DNA from: Rhodospirillaceae bacterium TMED23
Lineage (GTDB): Bacteria; Pseudomonadota; Alphaproteobacteria; Rhodospirillales; UBA2165
NCBI GenBank assembly: GCA_002168115.1
Contig: NHCC01000019.1
Span: forward strand, 1-58,287
Reading direction: 5' to 3'
DNA length: 58,287 nucleotides
Both the position numbers and the translations under genes were made by a program. Positions 26,566 to 35,619 of this stretch are shown in pieces (position 1 is the first letter of the stretch; every line of letters begins with the position of its first letter). The notes under the pieces are model-generated. The model had not been told where the DNA came from. It worked only from the letters and a program-made list of their open reading frames with translations, and did not search any database.

Positions 26566-27684
26566 ATGGCATCCAGTATTGGAGAAGTTACTAACGCTCA
26601 GGTAGCAAAAAATGATGTATCAGGCCAAAGCTCTATTATAACTATTACCCAGCAATTAGTTAAACGCCTAGAAGAACAAAAAGCAAATACCGCCGTAGAC
26701 TTTGAAAATAACGGCGAGCTTATAAGAACTCGACAGAAAATCGCCCGATTACAAAATTTCAAAAATAGAATCTCAGAAAATGTCTCTGCAGCAACTAAGG
26801 CAAAAAACGCGTCAAGTTTTATAGAATTACATTTAGACTCTATGAAAGCGAAACTACAAACGCAACTAGGCTCGAATTCTCCCGAAGAAAGAGTAACTTT
26901 ATCCACTGAATTTAACGAGTTACTGGAGAAAATAAATTCTAGGGCCAACGGCGCTAATCAACTTATTCAGAGTAGGCTTATCAATTTAATAGGCAATACA
27001 ACTGGTCCTGAATGGAAGACACAAGATCTTTATACTTCGACCAATCAAACCGGCGGTTTCACAAAGATTGAAGGCTCCTACTTAGGTAGTCAATTTGAGA
27101 TTATTGACCAAGACGGCTTCGCGTGGCGCCTAGATGCAAATCAACGTCTGTATTCACAGCACTTAAATGACGGCACAGGGTCTCCTACAGGAAAACACGT
27201 TTCAGCAATCGACTTAAATATATCTAGTTTTAACAGTTCAACTGATGAAGTCTCACTTACCAATGGTACTGAAACATTAAATGGGATACTTAATCGAGGA
27301 GGCCTTGAGGTTCTAACCTCAGAATTTTATAATAATTTTACAGATGATATTTCTATACAAAACGCAATTAATGATATTGATAAAGCCATTACCTACTTCG
27401 ACTCTAATTCTACTCGGTTCAAAGCCAACACCTCACTACTTCAAGGGAATAATAATTTAATCAATGAAAAAATAAATTTATTAGAAAAAAATGTATCCAC
27501 TATTATCAGTAAAGAGATTTCAGAAAATGCTGCCCGCGATAAAGCGGCAAATCTCAAGTTTAATCTTGCAATTAATAATATAAATATTATCTCACAAAAT
27601 AGCCAGGGGTTAATTCAAAACATGTTATCAGGGGCCCAAGGACCTGGGCCAGCAATAGGTGTTTTTGGCTTACTAGGATTTTAA
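26566..27684 (+). CDS. Divergent flagellin/FlgL-like protein (orphan)
   Basis: 372 aa. The N-terminal helical region (NRISENVSAATKAKNASSFIELHLDSMKAKL...SPEERVTLSTEFNELLEKINSRANGANQLI) and the C-terminal region (FKANTSLLQGNNNLINEKINLLEKNVSTIISKEISENAARDKAANLKFNLAINNINIISQNSQGLIQNML) follow the heptad pattern of flagellin D0/D1. The middle is Ser/Thr/Asn-rich. Confidence 0.5.
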   Translation: MASSIGEVTNAQVAKNDVSGQSSIITITQQLVKRLEEQKANTAVDFENNGELIRTRQKIARLQNFKNRISENVSAATKAKNASSFIELHLDSMKAKLQTQLGSNSPEERVTLSTEFNELLEKINSRANGANQLIQSRLINLIGNTTGPEWKTQDLYTSTNQTGGFTKIEGSYLGSQFEIIDQDGFAWRLDANQRLYSQHLNDGTGSPTGKHVSAIDLNISSFNSSTDEVSLTNGTETLNGILNRGGLEVLTSEFYNNFTDDISIQNAINDIDKAITYFDSNSTRFKANTSLLQGNNNLINEKINLLEKNVSTIISKEISENAARDKAANLKFNLAINNINIISQNSQGLIQNMLSGAQGPGPAIGVFGLLGF

Positions 27685-27709
27685 ATTCGTATTTATCAAA
27701 TAAATAACG

Positions 27710-29002
27710 TTAAGAAATTGGGCGAGGTCCCCCTGTTGCCCAATCTAATAATTCAACCGTGTGAACTGTCGGAATTGAGATCTCACTAGCCATTTGAGTT
27801 ATACAACCAATATTTCCAGTAACTAAAAATTGAATAGATTGGTTTTTTATAAGTGAGTTTATTTTATTTACTCTCTCAAATTTTAGTTTTCTAGCTAAAT
27901 CAATCTGAATTAAATTGAAAGTACCAGCAGATCCGCAACAAAAGTGATTGCCAGGAATTTCAATAATCTGAAACCCAAATTTTTTAAGTAATGCTCTTGG
28001 AGCTTTTTTAATCTTTTGGCCATGCAATAAAGAGCAGGCATCGTGGTAGACAATCAAAGGCTCTTCAGAAATTTTTGAATTTGGTGCCCTCAGCGTAGAT
28101 AAAACCTCTGTAATATCTCTCGTAATTCTAGAAATACGCTCTGACTTTTCTAAATATATTGGGTCGTTTTTGAACAGAGAAAAATAATCTTTTAAATGTG
28201 TACCGCACCCTGCCGAGTTACTAATAATATAATTAAGTCCATCACTTTCTATTTCATTAATCAATACATCAATATTTGATCGTGCCTTCGTCAGAGCGGC
28301 ACTTTCCGCTCCAAGATGATAATTTATTGCTCCACAACAATTAATATTTTTTGGAATAATAATTGTTGCCCCCATTCTGTTGAGTAATCTAATAGATGCC
28401 TCGTTTATTGAGGGTCTGAGCGTGCGCTGCGCACAACCAGGGAGCAGTGCGACACGTATTACTTCTTTGCCCTCGGCCATGAAAGAGGCATCATGATCAG
28501 AAATTTTCTTTTTTGTTAATTGTCTCGGTACAAGATTAACGAGATTATTTATTTTTTTACCAAATATTTTTAATATTGGTTTAAAAATTATAGATGCAGT
28601 AATTGCTACAACAAAGATCCTTTGATTAGTAATCACAGTCGTTATTAACCAACGAAATAATTTATCAATTAATGGACGGCGGTGGGTGTTATCAATATAC
28701 GATCGCGCATGATCGATATAATGTTGATAATCTACACCTGACGGACATGCCGTCATGCATGCTAAACACGACAAACACCTGTCTACATGCTTAACGATTT
28801 GGCTACTTGGTTCACCGCCTTTCTCAAGCATATTCTTGATTGAGTAAATACGCCCCCGGGGACTATCTCGCTCGTCACCTAGAATAGAATAAGTCGGGCA
28901 AACAGGAAGGCAGAAACCGCAATGCACGCACTTACGGAGATTGTCCTCCATAATTTGAATCATAGGTTGGTCTCTTTGTTCACTAGTAAATTTTGTTTTC
29001 AT
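27710..29002 (-). CDS. glcF: Glycolate oxidase iron-sulfur subunit
   Basis: CVHCGFCLPVCPTY and CLSCLACMTACPSGV (2x4Fe-4S). There are two CCG-type Cys-rich domains (CCGAINY, CCGSAGTF). Confidence 0.88.
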   Translation of the reverse strand: MKTKFTSEQRDQPMIQIMEDNLRKCVHCGFCLPVCPTYSILGDERDSPRGRIYSIKNMLEKGGEPSSQIVKHVDRCLSCLACMTACPSGVDYQHYIDHARSYIDNTHRRPLIDKLFRWLITTVITNQRIFVVAITASIIFKPILKIFGKKINNLVNLVPRQLTKKKISDHDASFMAEGKEVIRVALLPGCAQRTLRPSINEASIRLLNRMGATIIIPKNINCCGAINYHLGAESAALTKARSNIDVLINEIESDGLNYIISNSAGCGTHLKDYFSLFKNDPIYLEKSERISRITRDITEVLSTLRAPNSKISEEPLIVYHDACSLLHGQKIKKAPRALLKKFGFQIIEIPGNHFCCGSAGTFNLIQIDLARKLKFERVNKINSLIKNQSIQFLVTGNIGCITQMASEISIPTVHTVELLDWATGGPRPIS

Positions 29003-30222
29003 ACGCCTTCATACATTCGTTCAGGGTTAAGAACACCATAAGGATCAAAGTTTTTTTTAATTTTTCGAGTAATATTCATTAATGCATTTGACTGAGGGTT
29101 GAATACATCAAAATTCTTTCTATCTTTATTGCTAGCTCTGAATAGAGTTGCGTGACCGCTCTGTTCACTCATGACTTGACGAATTATCCTTTCTGAGTAT
29201 TTAGTCTCATTACTCTCTGATAACCAGATTAGTCCACCACCCCAATCAAAAAATGCATCAAATTTGAGTTTTTCTTTAAGCTTAAACAATAAATCAGCGC
29301 CCTGTGATGGAGGGACAGAAATACGCCAAATTTGATCAGTTTCTTGGTCTAAGAATGTTACTATTCCTGAAATTTCTTTCCAGAGTTTTTCTGTATTATG
29401 AGTGTGAAGTTCTTCAATATCTCCATACTGCCGCCATACTTCTTTTGCTATCTTACAGCGAGCCGCAACCGAAGGTGCGTGTCCTTCTAATCTAATCACT
29501 GTGGCAGAAGAGTTGCTAGATGATATATAAGGAACACTCGACTTACTTGCAATTCCGGCTGGGAGGTGGGCTGCTCCACTAACCTCAAGAGATAAAGATA
29601 AACTTTCACACAGTGTATTTATTGCGACTTTGTTCTCAAGTCCCCTGACTAAAAGCGTTCTACTTTTATTAGGGTGAGGCAAAACCTTTACTGTAATTGA
29701 GGTCATTGCCGCTAGCGTTCCAAAAGAACCGGCAAGTAATTTAGATAGGTCAAATCCAGTAACATTCTTTACCACACGTCCGCCGGATTTAAAATATTCA
29801 CCAGCCCCACTAACTGCTTCAAATCCCAATAAGTGGTCGCGAGCGGCTCCAACACTTAATCTCCGGGGACCAGAAAGATTGGTCGCAATAACTCCACCTA
29901 TTGTTCCATGATTATCAGGCTCTCCATAAAGAAATGATAAATTTGGGGGCTCAAAGGCTAAATATTGATTATTATCTTTTAGTGTTTCTGTAATGTTTTT
30001 CATAGGGGTGCCGGCAATAGCAGACAAAACCAATTCTCTCGGCTCGTAAAATAATATTCCAGATAATTTACTTAGATCGAGAATACTGCAATTCTGAACA
30101 GGCCTACCCCAACTCCGTTTAGACCCTTGGCCACGAATCTCGAATTTGTCTCCCTTATCACAAGCTAACTTGATACAGTCTAATAATTCCTTAAGAGTAT
30201 TTGGACTGAACACTGAACTCAT
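28999..30222 (-). CDS. glcE: Glycolate oxidase FAD-binding subunit
   Basis: It has a PCMH-type FAD-binding domain (IRGQGSKRSWG, GGVIATNLSGPRR) and sits between glcD and glcF with a 4-nt overlap. Confidence 0.85.
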   Translation of the reverse strand: MSSVFSPNTLKELLDCIKLACDKGDKFEIRGQGSKRSWGRPVQNCSILDLSKLSGILFYEPRELVLSAIAGTPMKNITETLKDNNQYLAFEPPNLSFLYGEPDNHGTIGGVIATNLSGPRRLSVGAARDHLLGFEAVSGAGEYFKSGGRVVKNVTGFDLSKLLAGSFGTLAAMTSITVKVLPHPNKSRTLLVRGLENKVAINTLCESLSLSLEVSGAAHLPAGIASKSSVPYISSSNSSATVIRLEGHAPSVAARCKIAKEVWRQYGDIEELHTHNTEKLWKEISGIVTFLDQETDQIWRISVPPSQGADLLFKLKEKLKFDAFFDWGGGLIWLSESNETKYSERIIRQVMSEQSGHATLFRASNKDRKNFDVFNPQSNALMNITRKIKKNFDPYGVLNPERMYEGV

Positions 30223-30231
30223 GGTTATCCT

Positions 30232-31737
30232 CTAAAAATGTGGAATATCTGGAAACCGTGTTTTTCCCTGATGGACATGAACACGACCAAGCTCAGAACA
30301 TCTATGTAATGTTGGAAATACTTTACCTGGATTTAGCAAACCTTCAGGATCAAATACACATTTTACCCTTTGTTGCTGCTTTAAATCTTCTTCTGTGAAC
30401 ATTGTTGACATGAGGTCACGCTTTTCGACCCCAACACCATGCTCCCCTGTTAGAACTCCACCTACTTCAACACATAACTTTAGGATCTCCGAGCCAAAAT
30501 CTTCAGCACGTTCTAATTCGCCATCTTTATTGGCATCATACATGATTAAAGGGTGCAGATTCCCATCACCTGCGTGAAAAACATTGGCTACACGAAGATT
30601 ATATTTTTCTGACATTTCATTCATACTTTTCAGAACCTCTGGTAACTTTGATCGGGGAATCGTTCCATCCATACAGTAATAGTCTGGTGTAATACGGCCC
30701 ACTGCCGGAAATGCGGCCTTCCGACCTGCCCAAAATATTTCTCTCTCACTATCATTATTACTAATCCGAATATACCTCGCACCATGATCTTTGGAAATAT
30801 CTTCAACAATATTGATTAGATAATCTATCTCTGATTTAGGACCGTCTAACTCCACAATTAATAAAGCCTCAACGTCAAGGGGATACCCCGCTTGAATAAA
30901 ATCTTCTGCTGCTTTTATTGCAAGTTTATCCATCATCTCCATACCCGCGGGTATTATCCCCGCACCTATGATAGAGGCTACACAATCTCCCGCGGCAACA
31001 ATGTCATCAAAACCTACTAACATTGCGCGAGCCAAGTCCGGCTTTCTAAGAATTCTCACTGTTACTTCAGTAATTATACCGAGCAATCCTTCTGACCCCG
31101 CTAATATGCCCAAGAAATCATAACCGTCAGCATCCAGATATTTACCTCCCAGTGTTATTACATCACCATTCATTAAAACCATTTCAATTCCCAGAATATT
31201 ATTGGTAGTAAGCCCGTATTTTAAACAGTGAACACCCCCAGAATTCTCGGCAACATTTCCTCCAATTGAACATGCGATTTGGCTGGAAGGATCCGGGGCG
31301 TAATAAAAATTATTGTGCGTTACAGCTTCTGTAATCGAGAGATTAGTTACACCCGGCTGCGCGACTACTGTTCGATTGTTATAGTCTATATCGACGATCT
31401 TATTAAATTTCCCGAGACCGAGTAAAACAGCATCAGCTAGCGGTAATGCACCCCCCGATAATGATGTCCCTGAGCCACGGGCTACTACTTTAATGTCGTT
31501 GTCGCTACAATATTTTAAGATATGTGAGATTTGCTTTGTGGTTTCCGGTAAAACTACTAGCATGGGCAATTGACGGTATGCAGAGAGCCCATCACATTCA
31601 TAAACTTTTAAACCATCTTCATCTTCAATAATATTATCACCACGGTTTTCTTCAGGTATTATTTTTCTGAGAGCCTTAATTATTTTTGGACGTTTTTTAA
31701 TAGTCTCGAGATTGAGATCAGGCATTTTCATAGTCAA
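30232..31737 (-). CDS. glcD: Glycolate oxidase subunit GlcD (FAD-linked oxidase)
   Basis: VVARGSGTSLSGGALP, GGNVAENSGG, HAGDGNLHP and GVLTGEHGVG. Confidence 0.9.
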   Translation of the reverse strand: MTMKMPDLNLETIKKRPKIIKALRKIIPEENRGDNIIEDEDGLKVYECDGLSAYRQLPMLVVLPETTKQISHILKYCSDNDIKVVARGSGTSLSGGALPLADAVLLGLGKFNKIVDIDYNNRTVVAQPGVTNLSITEAVTHNNFYYAPDPSSQIACSIGGNVAENSGGVHCLKYGLTTNNILGIEMVLMNGDVITLGGKYLDADGYDFLGILAGSEGLLGIITEVTVRILRKPDLARAMLVGFDDIVAAGDCVASIIGAGIIPAGMEMMDKLAIKAAEDFIQAGYPLDVEALLIVELDGPKSEIDYLINIVEDISKDHGARYIRISNNDSEREIFWAGRKAAFPAVGRITPDYYCMDGTIPRSKLPEVLKSMNEMSEKYNLRVANVFHAGDGNLHPLIMYDANKDGELERAEDFGSEILKLCVEVGGVLTGEHGVGVEKRDLMSTMFTEEDLKQQQRVKCVFDPEGLLNPGKVFPTLHRCSELGRVHVHQGKTRFPDIPHF

Positions 31738-31785
31738 TCACCCCTTACTGAAGCTTTCGTTTAACCATAAAGTAAAGCACCCACC

Positions 31786-31820
31786 AAAAAAAGTAAAACC
31801 GCACTAAAACAGCACGGTTT
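31786..31820 (-). terminator. Rho-independent terminator downstream of rpmJ
   Basis: On the minus strand the stem aaaccg / cggttt (31796-31801 / 31815-31820) is followed by tac and T7 (31792-31786). Confidence 0.55.
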
Positions 31821-31858
31821 GTAAACTTATAAGGTTAAATGAAACCTATAAATTCGAG

Positions 31859-31984
31859 TTAACCTTGACGAGCCTTAAATCTTGGATTTTGCTTATTAAT
31901 CACATATAAACGACCTCTTCGCCTAACAACCCGGCAATTTTTGTCACGTATTTTTGCTGATTTAAGAGAGCTAAGCACTTTCAT
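31859..31984 (-). CDS. rpmJ: 50S ribosomal protein L36 (Cys-poor YkgO-type)
   Basis: A 41-aa ORF, too short for the ORF track: [41 protein letters not shown]. This is near-consensus L36. Confidence 0.9.
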   Translation of the reverse strand: MKVLSSLKSAKIRDKNCRVVRRRGRLYVINKQNPRFKARQG

Positions 31985-32159
31985 CGTAATACCCCATAAA
32001 AATCTAATGACAGAGTCTAAATTCTGAGTGTGGGAAAATAGGTGCCATTTTAACGAATGTCAACGCCAAGGCCAAATTTATTTAAGTGAGACCATTAATT
32101 TATTAAATCAGAACTCAGAAATATTTGATTTTGAATACCATAACAATTTTGTATTAAAA

Positions 32160-32234
32160 TGGTGGGCGTGGTAGGGATTGAACCTACGACCCCCTCGATG
32201 TCACCGAGGTGCTCTCCCGCTGAGCTACACGCCC
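32160..32234 (-). tRNA. tRNA-Val (anticodon GAC)
   Basis: The reverse complement folds as a cloverleaf: GGGCGTG-TA-GCTC-AGCGGGA-GAGC-A-CCTCG-GTGACAT-CGAGG-GGGTC-GTAGG-TTCAATC-CCTAC-CACGCCC-A-CCA (75 nt, CCA encoded). Confidence 0.9.
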
Positions 32235-32419
32235 AATTCAATAGTAAAGTGAACGTATAAACTTTTTTTAGCACTTGCAAGCTTAGCATGAAACGTCAAG
32301 AGTAGTTATATAATCAACATGGATACGTTACCTCAAGCTAGTATTAGTTAGGGACAAATGTAAACAAAAAAGCGTATGTTAAATTTAAAAATGTAAATAA
32401 TCACTTATGAGGGGGTATT

Positions 32420-33316
32420 TTGGTTGATTCTGCGACTAATAAAAAAAATACAGCATCCGAACTCAATTTACCTATTGAGATTATACGACCTAAAATACAA
32501 ACAATTCCTTTTATATTCACCTCACCACACAGTGGAACAAATTATACTAACGACTTTATCAAGACATCCGCATTAGATGCTTCCTATTTGAGAAAATCAG
32601 AAGACAGTTTTATTGATAACTTATATGACCATGCTCCAAGATCAGGTGCACCACTTTTAAAAGCCATATATCCACGCGCCTATATTGACGTAAATAGGGA
32701 AGCTTACGAGCTTGACCCAACCATGTTCGAAGATATTTTGCCAGATTTTGTAATAACAGCTAGTCCCCGTATTTCGGCGGGGCTTGGCACTATTCCCAGA
32801 ATTGTCTCAAGTGATTATGAGATTTATAGCACAAAATTAAGATTCAAAGATGCAGAGGAACGAATTAATAAGTATTATTTTCCTTATCACACTGCACTCA
32901 AAAACTTAATATCTAATACAAAAGATAAATTTAATCAATGTTTCTTGATTGACTGTCATTCAATGCCATCCAAAGTCTCCAAGTCATTAAATTCTGGATA
33001 TAATAATAATAATAAAGCGGATATTATAATTGGTGATCAATTTGGGAAAAGCTGTTCAAACCAATTAACCGATTTTATCCAAGATTATTTTGAGAACGAA
33101 GGATTAATTGTATATCGAAATGATCCGTACGCTGGCGGGTTTACAACTCGCCATTATGGAGTCCCAAAATTAAAGGTTCATGCGATCCAAATAGAGATTA
33201 ATAGAGCCTTATATATGCATGAGTCCCTTTTTACTCGCTCAAAAGGTTTCAAAAAATTAAAGACGATTATTTCTAATTTAATAAATAGCCTCTCAAAGGA
33301 AATATTTAATACCTAA
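32420..33316 (+). CDS. N-formylglutamate amidohydrolase (FGase) family protein, paralog 2
   Basis: FIFTSPHSGTNY, YIDVNRE and FLIDCHSM are FGase blocks. It is strongly diverged from paralog 1. Confidence 0.8.
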   Translation: MVDSATNKKNTASELNLPIEIIRPKIQTIPFIFTSPHSGTNYTNDFIKTSALDASYLRKSEDSFIDNLYDHAPRSGAPLLKAIYPRAYIDVNREAYELDPTMFEDILPDFVITASPRISAGLGTIPRIVSSDYEIYSTKLRFKDAEERINKYYFPYHTALKNLISNTKDKFNQCFLIDCHSMPSKVSKSLNSGYNNNNKADIIIGDQFGKSCSNQLTDFIQDYFENEGLIVYRNDPYAGGFTTRHYGVPKLKVHAIQIEINRALYMHESLFTRSKGFKKLKTIISNLINSLSKEIFNT

Positions 33317-33394
33317 TTATTAAATAAAATAATGGCACATTATTTGCTTAGATTATAGCAAAAGATTAAAAATATAATAAAATTTAGGTGTGCA

Positions 33395-34333
33395 ATGATA
33401 CCAGTTAAATCAGTAATTATGATTACAACAACAGTTTGCTTATGTATTTGTCTATATTCCCAAGCCGTAAGTGCTTCAAATTCTCCCAATAAATATAACA
33501 ATAACAGTAATTTAAAATCGGCTGATGCATCCATTTGCGAAAAACAAACTCACGGGTTTGAAACCGCACTGGGCATCCCCAGACATTTACTTACTGCTAT
33601 TTCGTTAACCGAGTCTGGTAAATGGGATAAAAAAAATAAGGTATTAGTTGCCTGGCCATGGACAATAATGGCAGTGGGAAAAGGCCATTATTTGCGAACA
33701 AAGCAGGCTGCAATTAAAAAAGTTATGGCCTTAAAGGCCCAAGGCATTAAAAATATTGATGTTGGATGCATGCAAATAAATCTTTTTTACCATCCAAACG
33801 CTTTTGAAAACTTAGAGGCAGCTTTTGACCCTGAGCGTAATGTAGGATATGCCGCAAATTTCTTAGCAGCACTTAACCAATCTACACGCTCTTGGTCACA
33901 GGCAACCGCTAACTATCATTCGACGCGGGTGTCAAAGAATAGAAAATATCTAAATAAAGTTCTAACTCTTTGGAAAAAAGTTAATAAAAGAAAGCTAAAA
34001 GGTTCGATTTTTCGGGCTTCACCTGATCCAGTTTATTCAGAACCGAAGGCACGTTCAGCACAAATGGCAGTTTTAAAATCACGCTTTCGGGCAAGATTGC
34101 AGGCTGAACGGAGCACGAAGAAACCAGAGAAGAAAAAATATAACTTAGACGCATGGAGAAATGGGAAGTTTGATACAGGCTTACTTAAAGCAGCAATTGC
34201 CAAGCAAAGAGGCGACCGTGTTAGGGCGGATAAAGAATATTTAAATAAGGGAAAGAGAAGTTTTAAAAACCGGCGAAAATCACAGTTAGCGCGATGGCGT
34301 AGAACTAGAGAAGGCTCATCTTTTCGAAATTAA
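33395..34333 (+). CDS. Lytic transglycosylase (SLT domain) with signal peptide and basic C-terminal tail
   Basis: LLTAISLTESGKW (catalytic Glu), VGCMQIN and ANYHS. The N-terminus is hydrophobic. The C-terminal 100 aa are rich in Lys/Arg. Confidence 0.8.
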   Translation: MIPVKSVIMITTTVCLCICLYSQAVSASNSPNKYNNNSNLKSADASICEKQTHGFETALGIPRHLLTAISLTESGKWDKKNKVLVAWPWTIMAVGKGHYLRTKQAAIKKVMALKAQGIKNIDVGCMQINLFYHPNAFENLEAAFDPERNVGYAANFLAALNQSTRSWSQATANYHSTRVSKNRKYLNKVLTLWKKVNKRKLKGSIFRASPDPVYSEPKARSAQMAVLKSRFRARLQAERSTKKPEKKKYNLDAWRNGKFDTGLLKAAIAKQRGDRVRADKEYLNKGKRSFKNRRKSQLARWRRTREGSSFRN

Positions 34334-34423
34334 TCTCATATTTAATGGGAATTATTCCATTGTATAATAATTTTTAGATCTTAGTATGCTCTACAAATTA
34401 ATTAAAATTAAAAAGGTGAAATT

Positions 34424-34891
34424 ATGACAGATCCGAAAACCGGTCCCCTGACTGCTAAGATGAAAATGAGCGCATCATGCCCAAGTCACTCACGTTCCGA
34501 TATCTTGATTGGTGACCATGAGTTAATAATTGATGAGCCAGTAGCAAGAGGTGGTACAGATTTAGGCCCTTCACCTACTCAGACATTTATGGCTGCTTTG
34601 ATGGGTTGCACAAATGTAATTACAAATAAATGTGCTCATGATTTAGGCGTCGAAATCGACTCAATGGAAATTGATATGGAAGTCGATATGGATAGAAGAG
34701 GCGTTATGTTAACAGAAGCTATTGATATTCCTTTCCCCTCAATTACCATGAATATTGATGTAAAAACTAATGCGACTGATGAAGAGTGGAATAAAGTCAC
34801 TGACTATCTTCGTAAATTTTGTCCTATTGCCATAGCCTTGCGTGCTGGTGGAACAGAGATTACGGAAAATTGGAATCTAATTCGAAACTAG
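34424..34891 (+). CDS. OsmC/Ohr-family protein
   Basis: 155 aa. GGTDLGPSPTQTFMAALMGCT and FCPIAIAL are the two conserved Cys blocks of OsmC. Confidence 0.8.
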   Translation: MTDPKTGPLTAKMKMSASCPSHSRSDILIGDHELIIDEPVARGGTDLGPSPTQTFMAALMGCTNVITNKCAHDLGVEIDSMEIDMEVDMDRRGVMLTEAIDIPFPSITMNIDVKTNATDEEWNKVTDYLRKFCPIAIALRAGGTEITENWNLIRN

Positions 34892-34905
34892 TCGAAAAAT
34901 CATAA

Positions 34906-35607
34906 ATGTTACCCATTTGGCAAAATAGCACTATAAGATCGCATTTAGACGTAATAATTGACTTACTTAGTCCTGAAGGACTAAAAATTGTTGATATTGG
35001 ATGCGGTGCTGGAAAAATAACACGAGCCCTCTCTCAAATAGGCGCTTATGTAACTGGCATAGACCCTGGAGAGAGACAATTAAAGCTTGCTCGGTCAGCA
35101 GAAGTTATCGGTAATGAGCGTTTCTTAGAGGGCACCGCTGAAAAACTTCCATTAGATGACAAGTCCATGGACATTGCACTTTTCTGTAATAGTTTTCATC
35201 ACGTACCTCGAGATAATTTTGATATAGCTATAGAAGAAGCCCATAGAGTACTTAAACCTGGAGGAAACCTTTACTTTTCTGAACCCATTGCAGACGGGCC
35301 CCAATTTGAGTTAAGTCGATTAATTAATGATGAAACCGAAGTCCGTGCTTTAGCATATAAAAAGATTATCAATATCCAACAGACGGACTTTCAGGCGATT
35401 TCTGAAGTGACTTATATAACAGAAAACAAATATAAAAACTTTGATTCTTTTAGGGCAAACTCTACTTCGATTAACCCCGCACGCGATCTTATATTTAAAG
35501 ACAACTTGGATGCAATCAAAGCAGCTTTTGAGGAAAATGCCATTCAAGCTGATAGCCACTACGTCTTTAAGAATCCCGTGAGGGGAAACCTTTTTGAACG
35601 ATTATAG
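34906..35607 (+). CDS. Class I SAM-dependent methyltransferase
   Basis: IVDIGCGAGKIT (motif I), DIALFCNSFHHV and LKPGGNLYFSEP. Confidence 0.8.
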   Translation: MLPIWQNSTIRSHLDVIIDLLSPEGLKIVDIGCGAGKITRALSQIGAYVTGIDPGERQLKLARSAEVIGNERFLEGTAEKLPLDDKSMDIALFCNSFHHVPRDNFDIAIEEAHRVLKPGGNLYFSEPIADGPQFELSRLINDETEVRALAYKKIINIQQTDFQAISEVTYITENKYKNFDSFRANSTSINPARDLIFKDNLDAIKAAFEENAIQADSHYVFKNPVRGNLFERL

Positions 35608-35619
35608 CTTTATTTATCA

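Noticed and set aside
31859-31984. Cys-poor L36 as a sign of a zinc-starvation ribosomal paralog system
   Set aside because: In alphaproteobacteria the YkgO-type L36 is commonly the only copy and sits outside the spc/alpha operons. No Zur box or paralog partner (L31B) is visible. This is an ordinary housekeeping gene.
32095-32289. 64-aa minus-strand ORF
   Set aside because: It overlaps the tRNA-Val gene entirely and is translated tRNA sequence (..SSAGEHLGDIEGVVGSIPT..).
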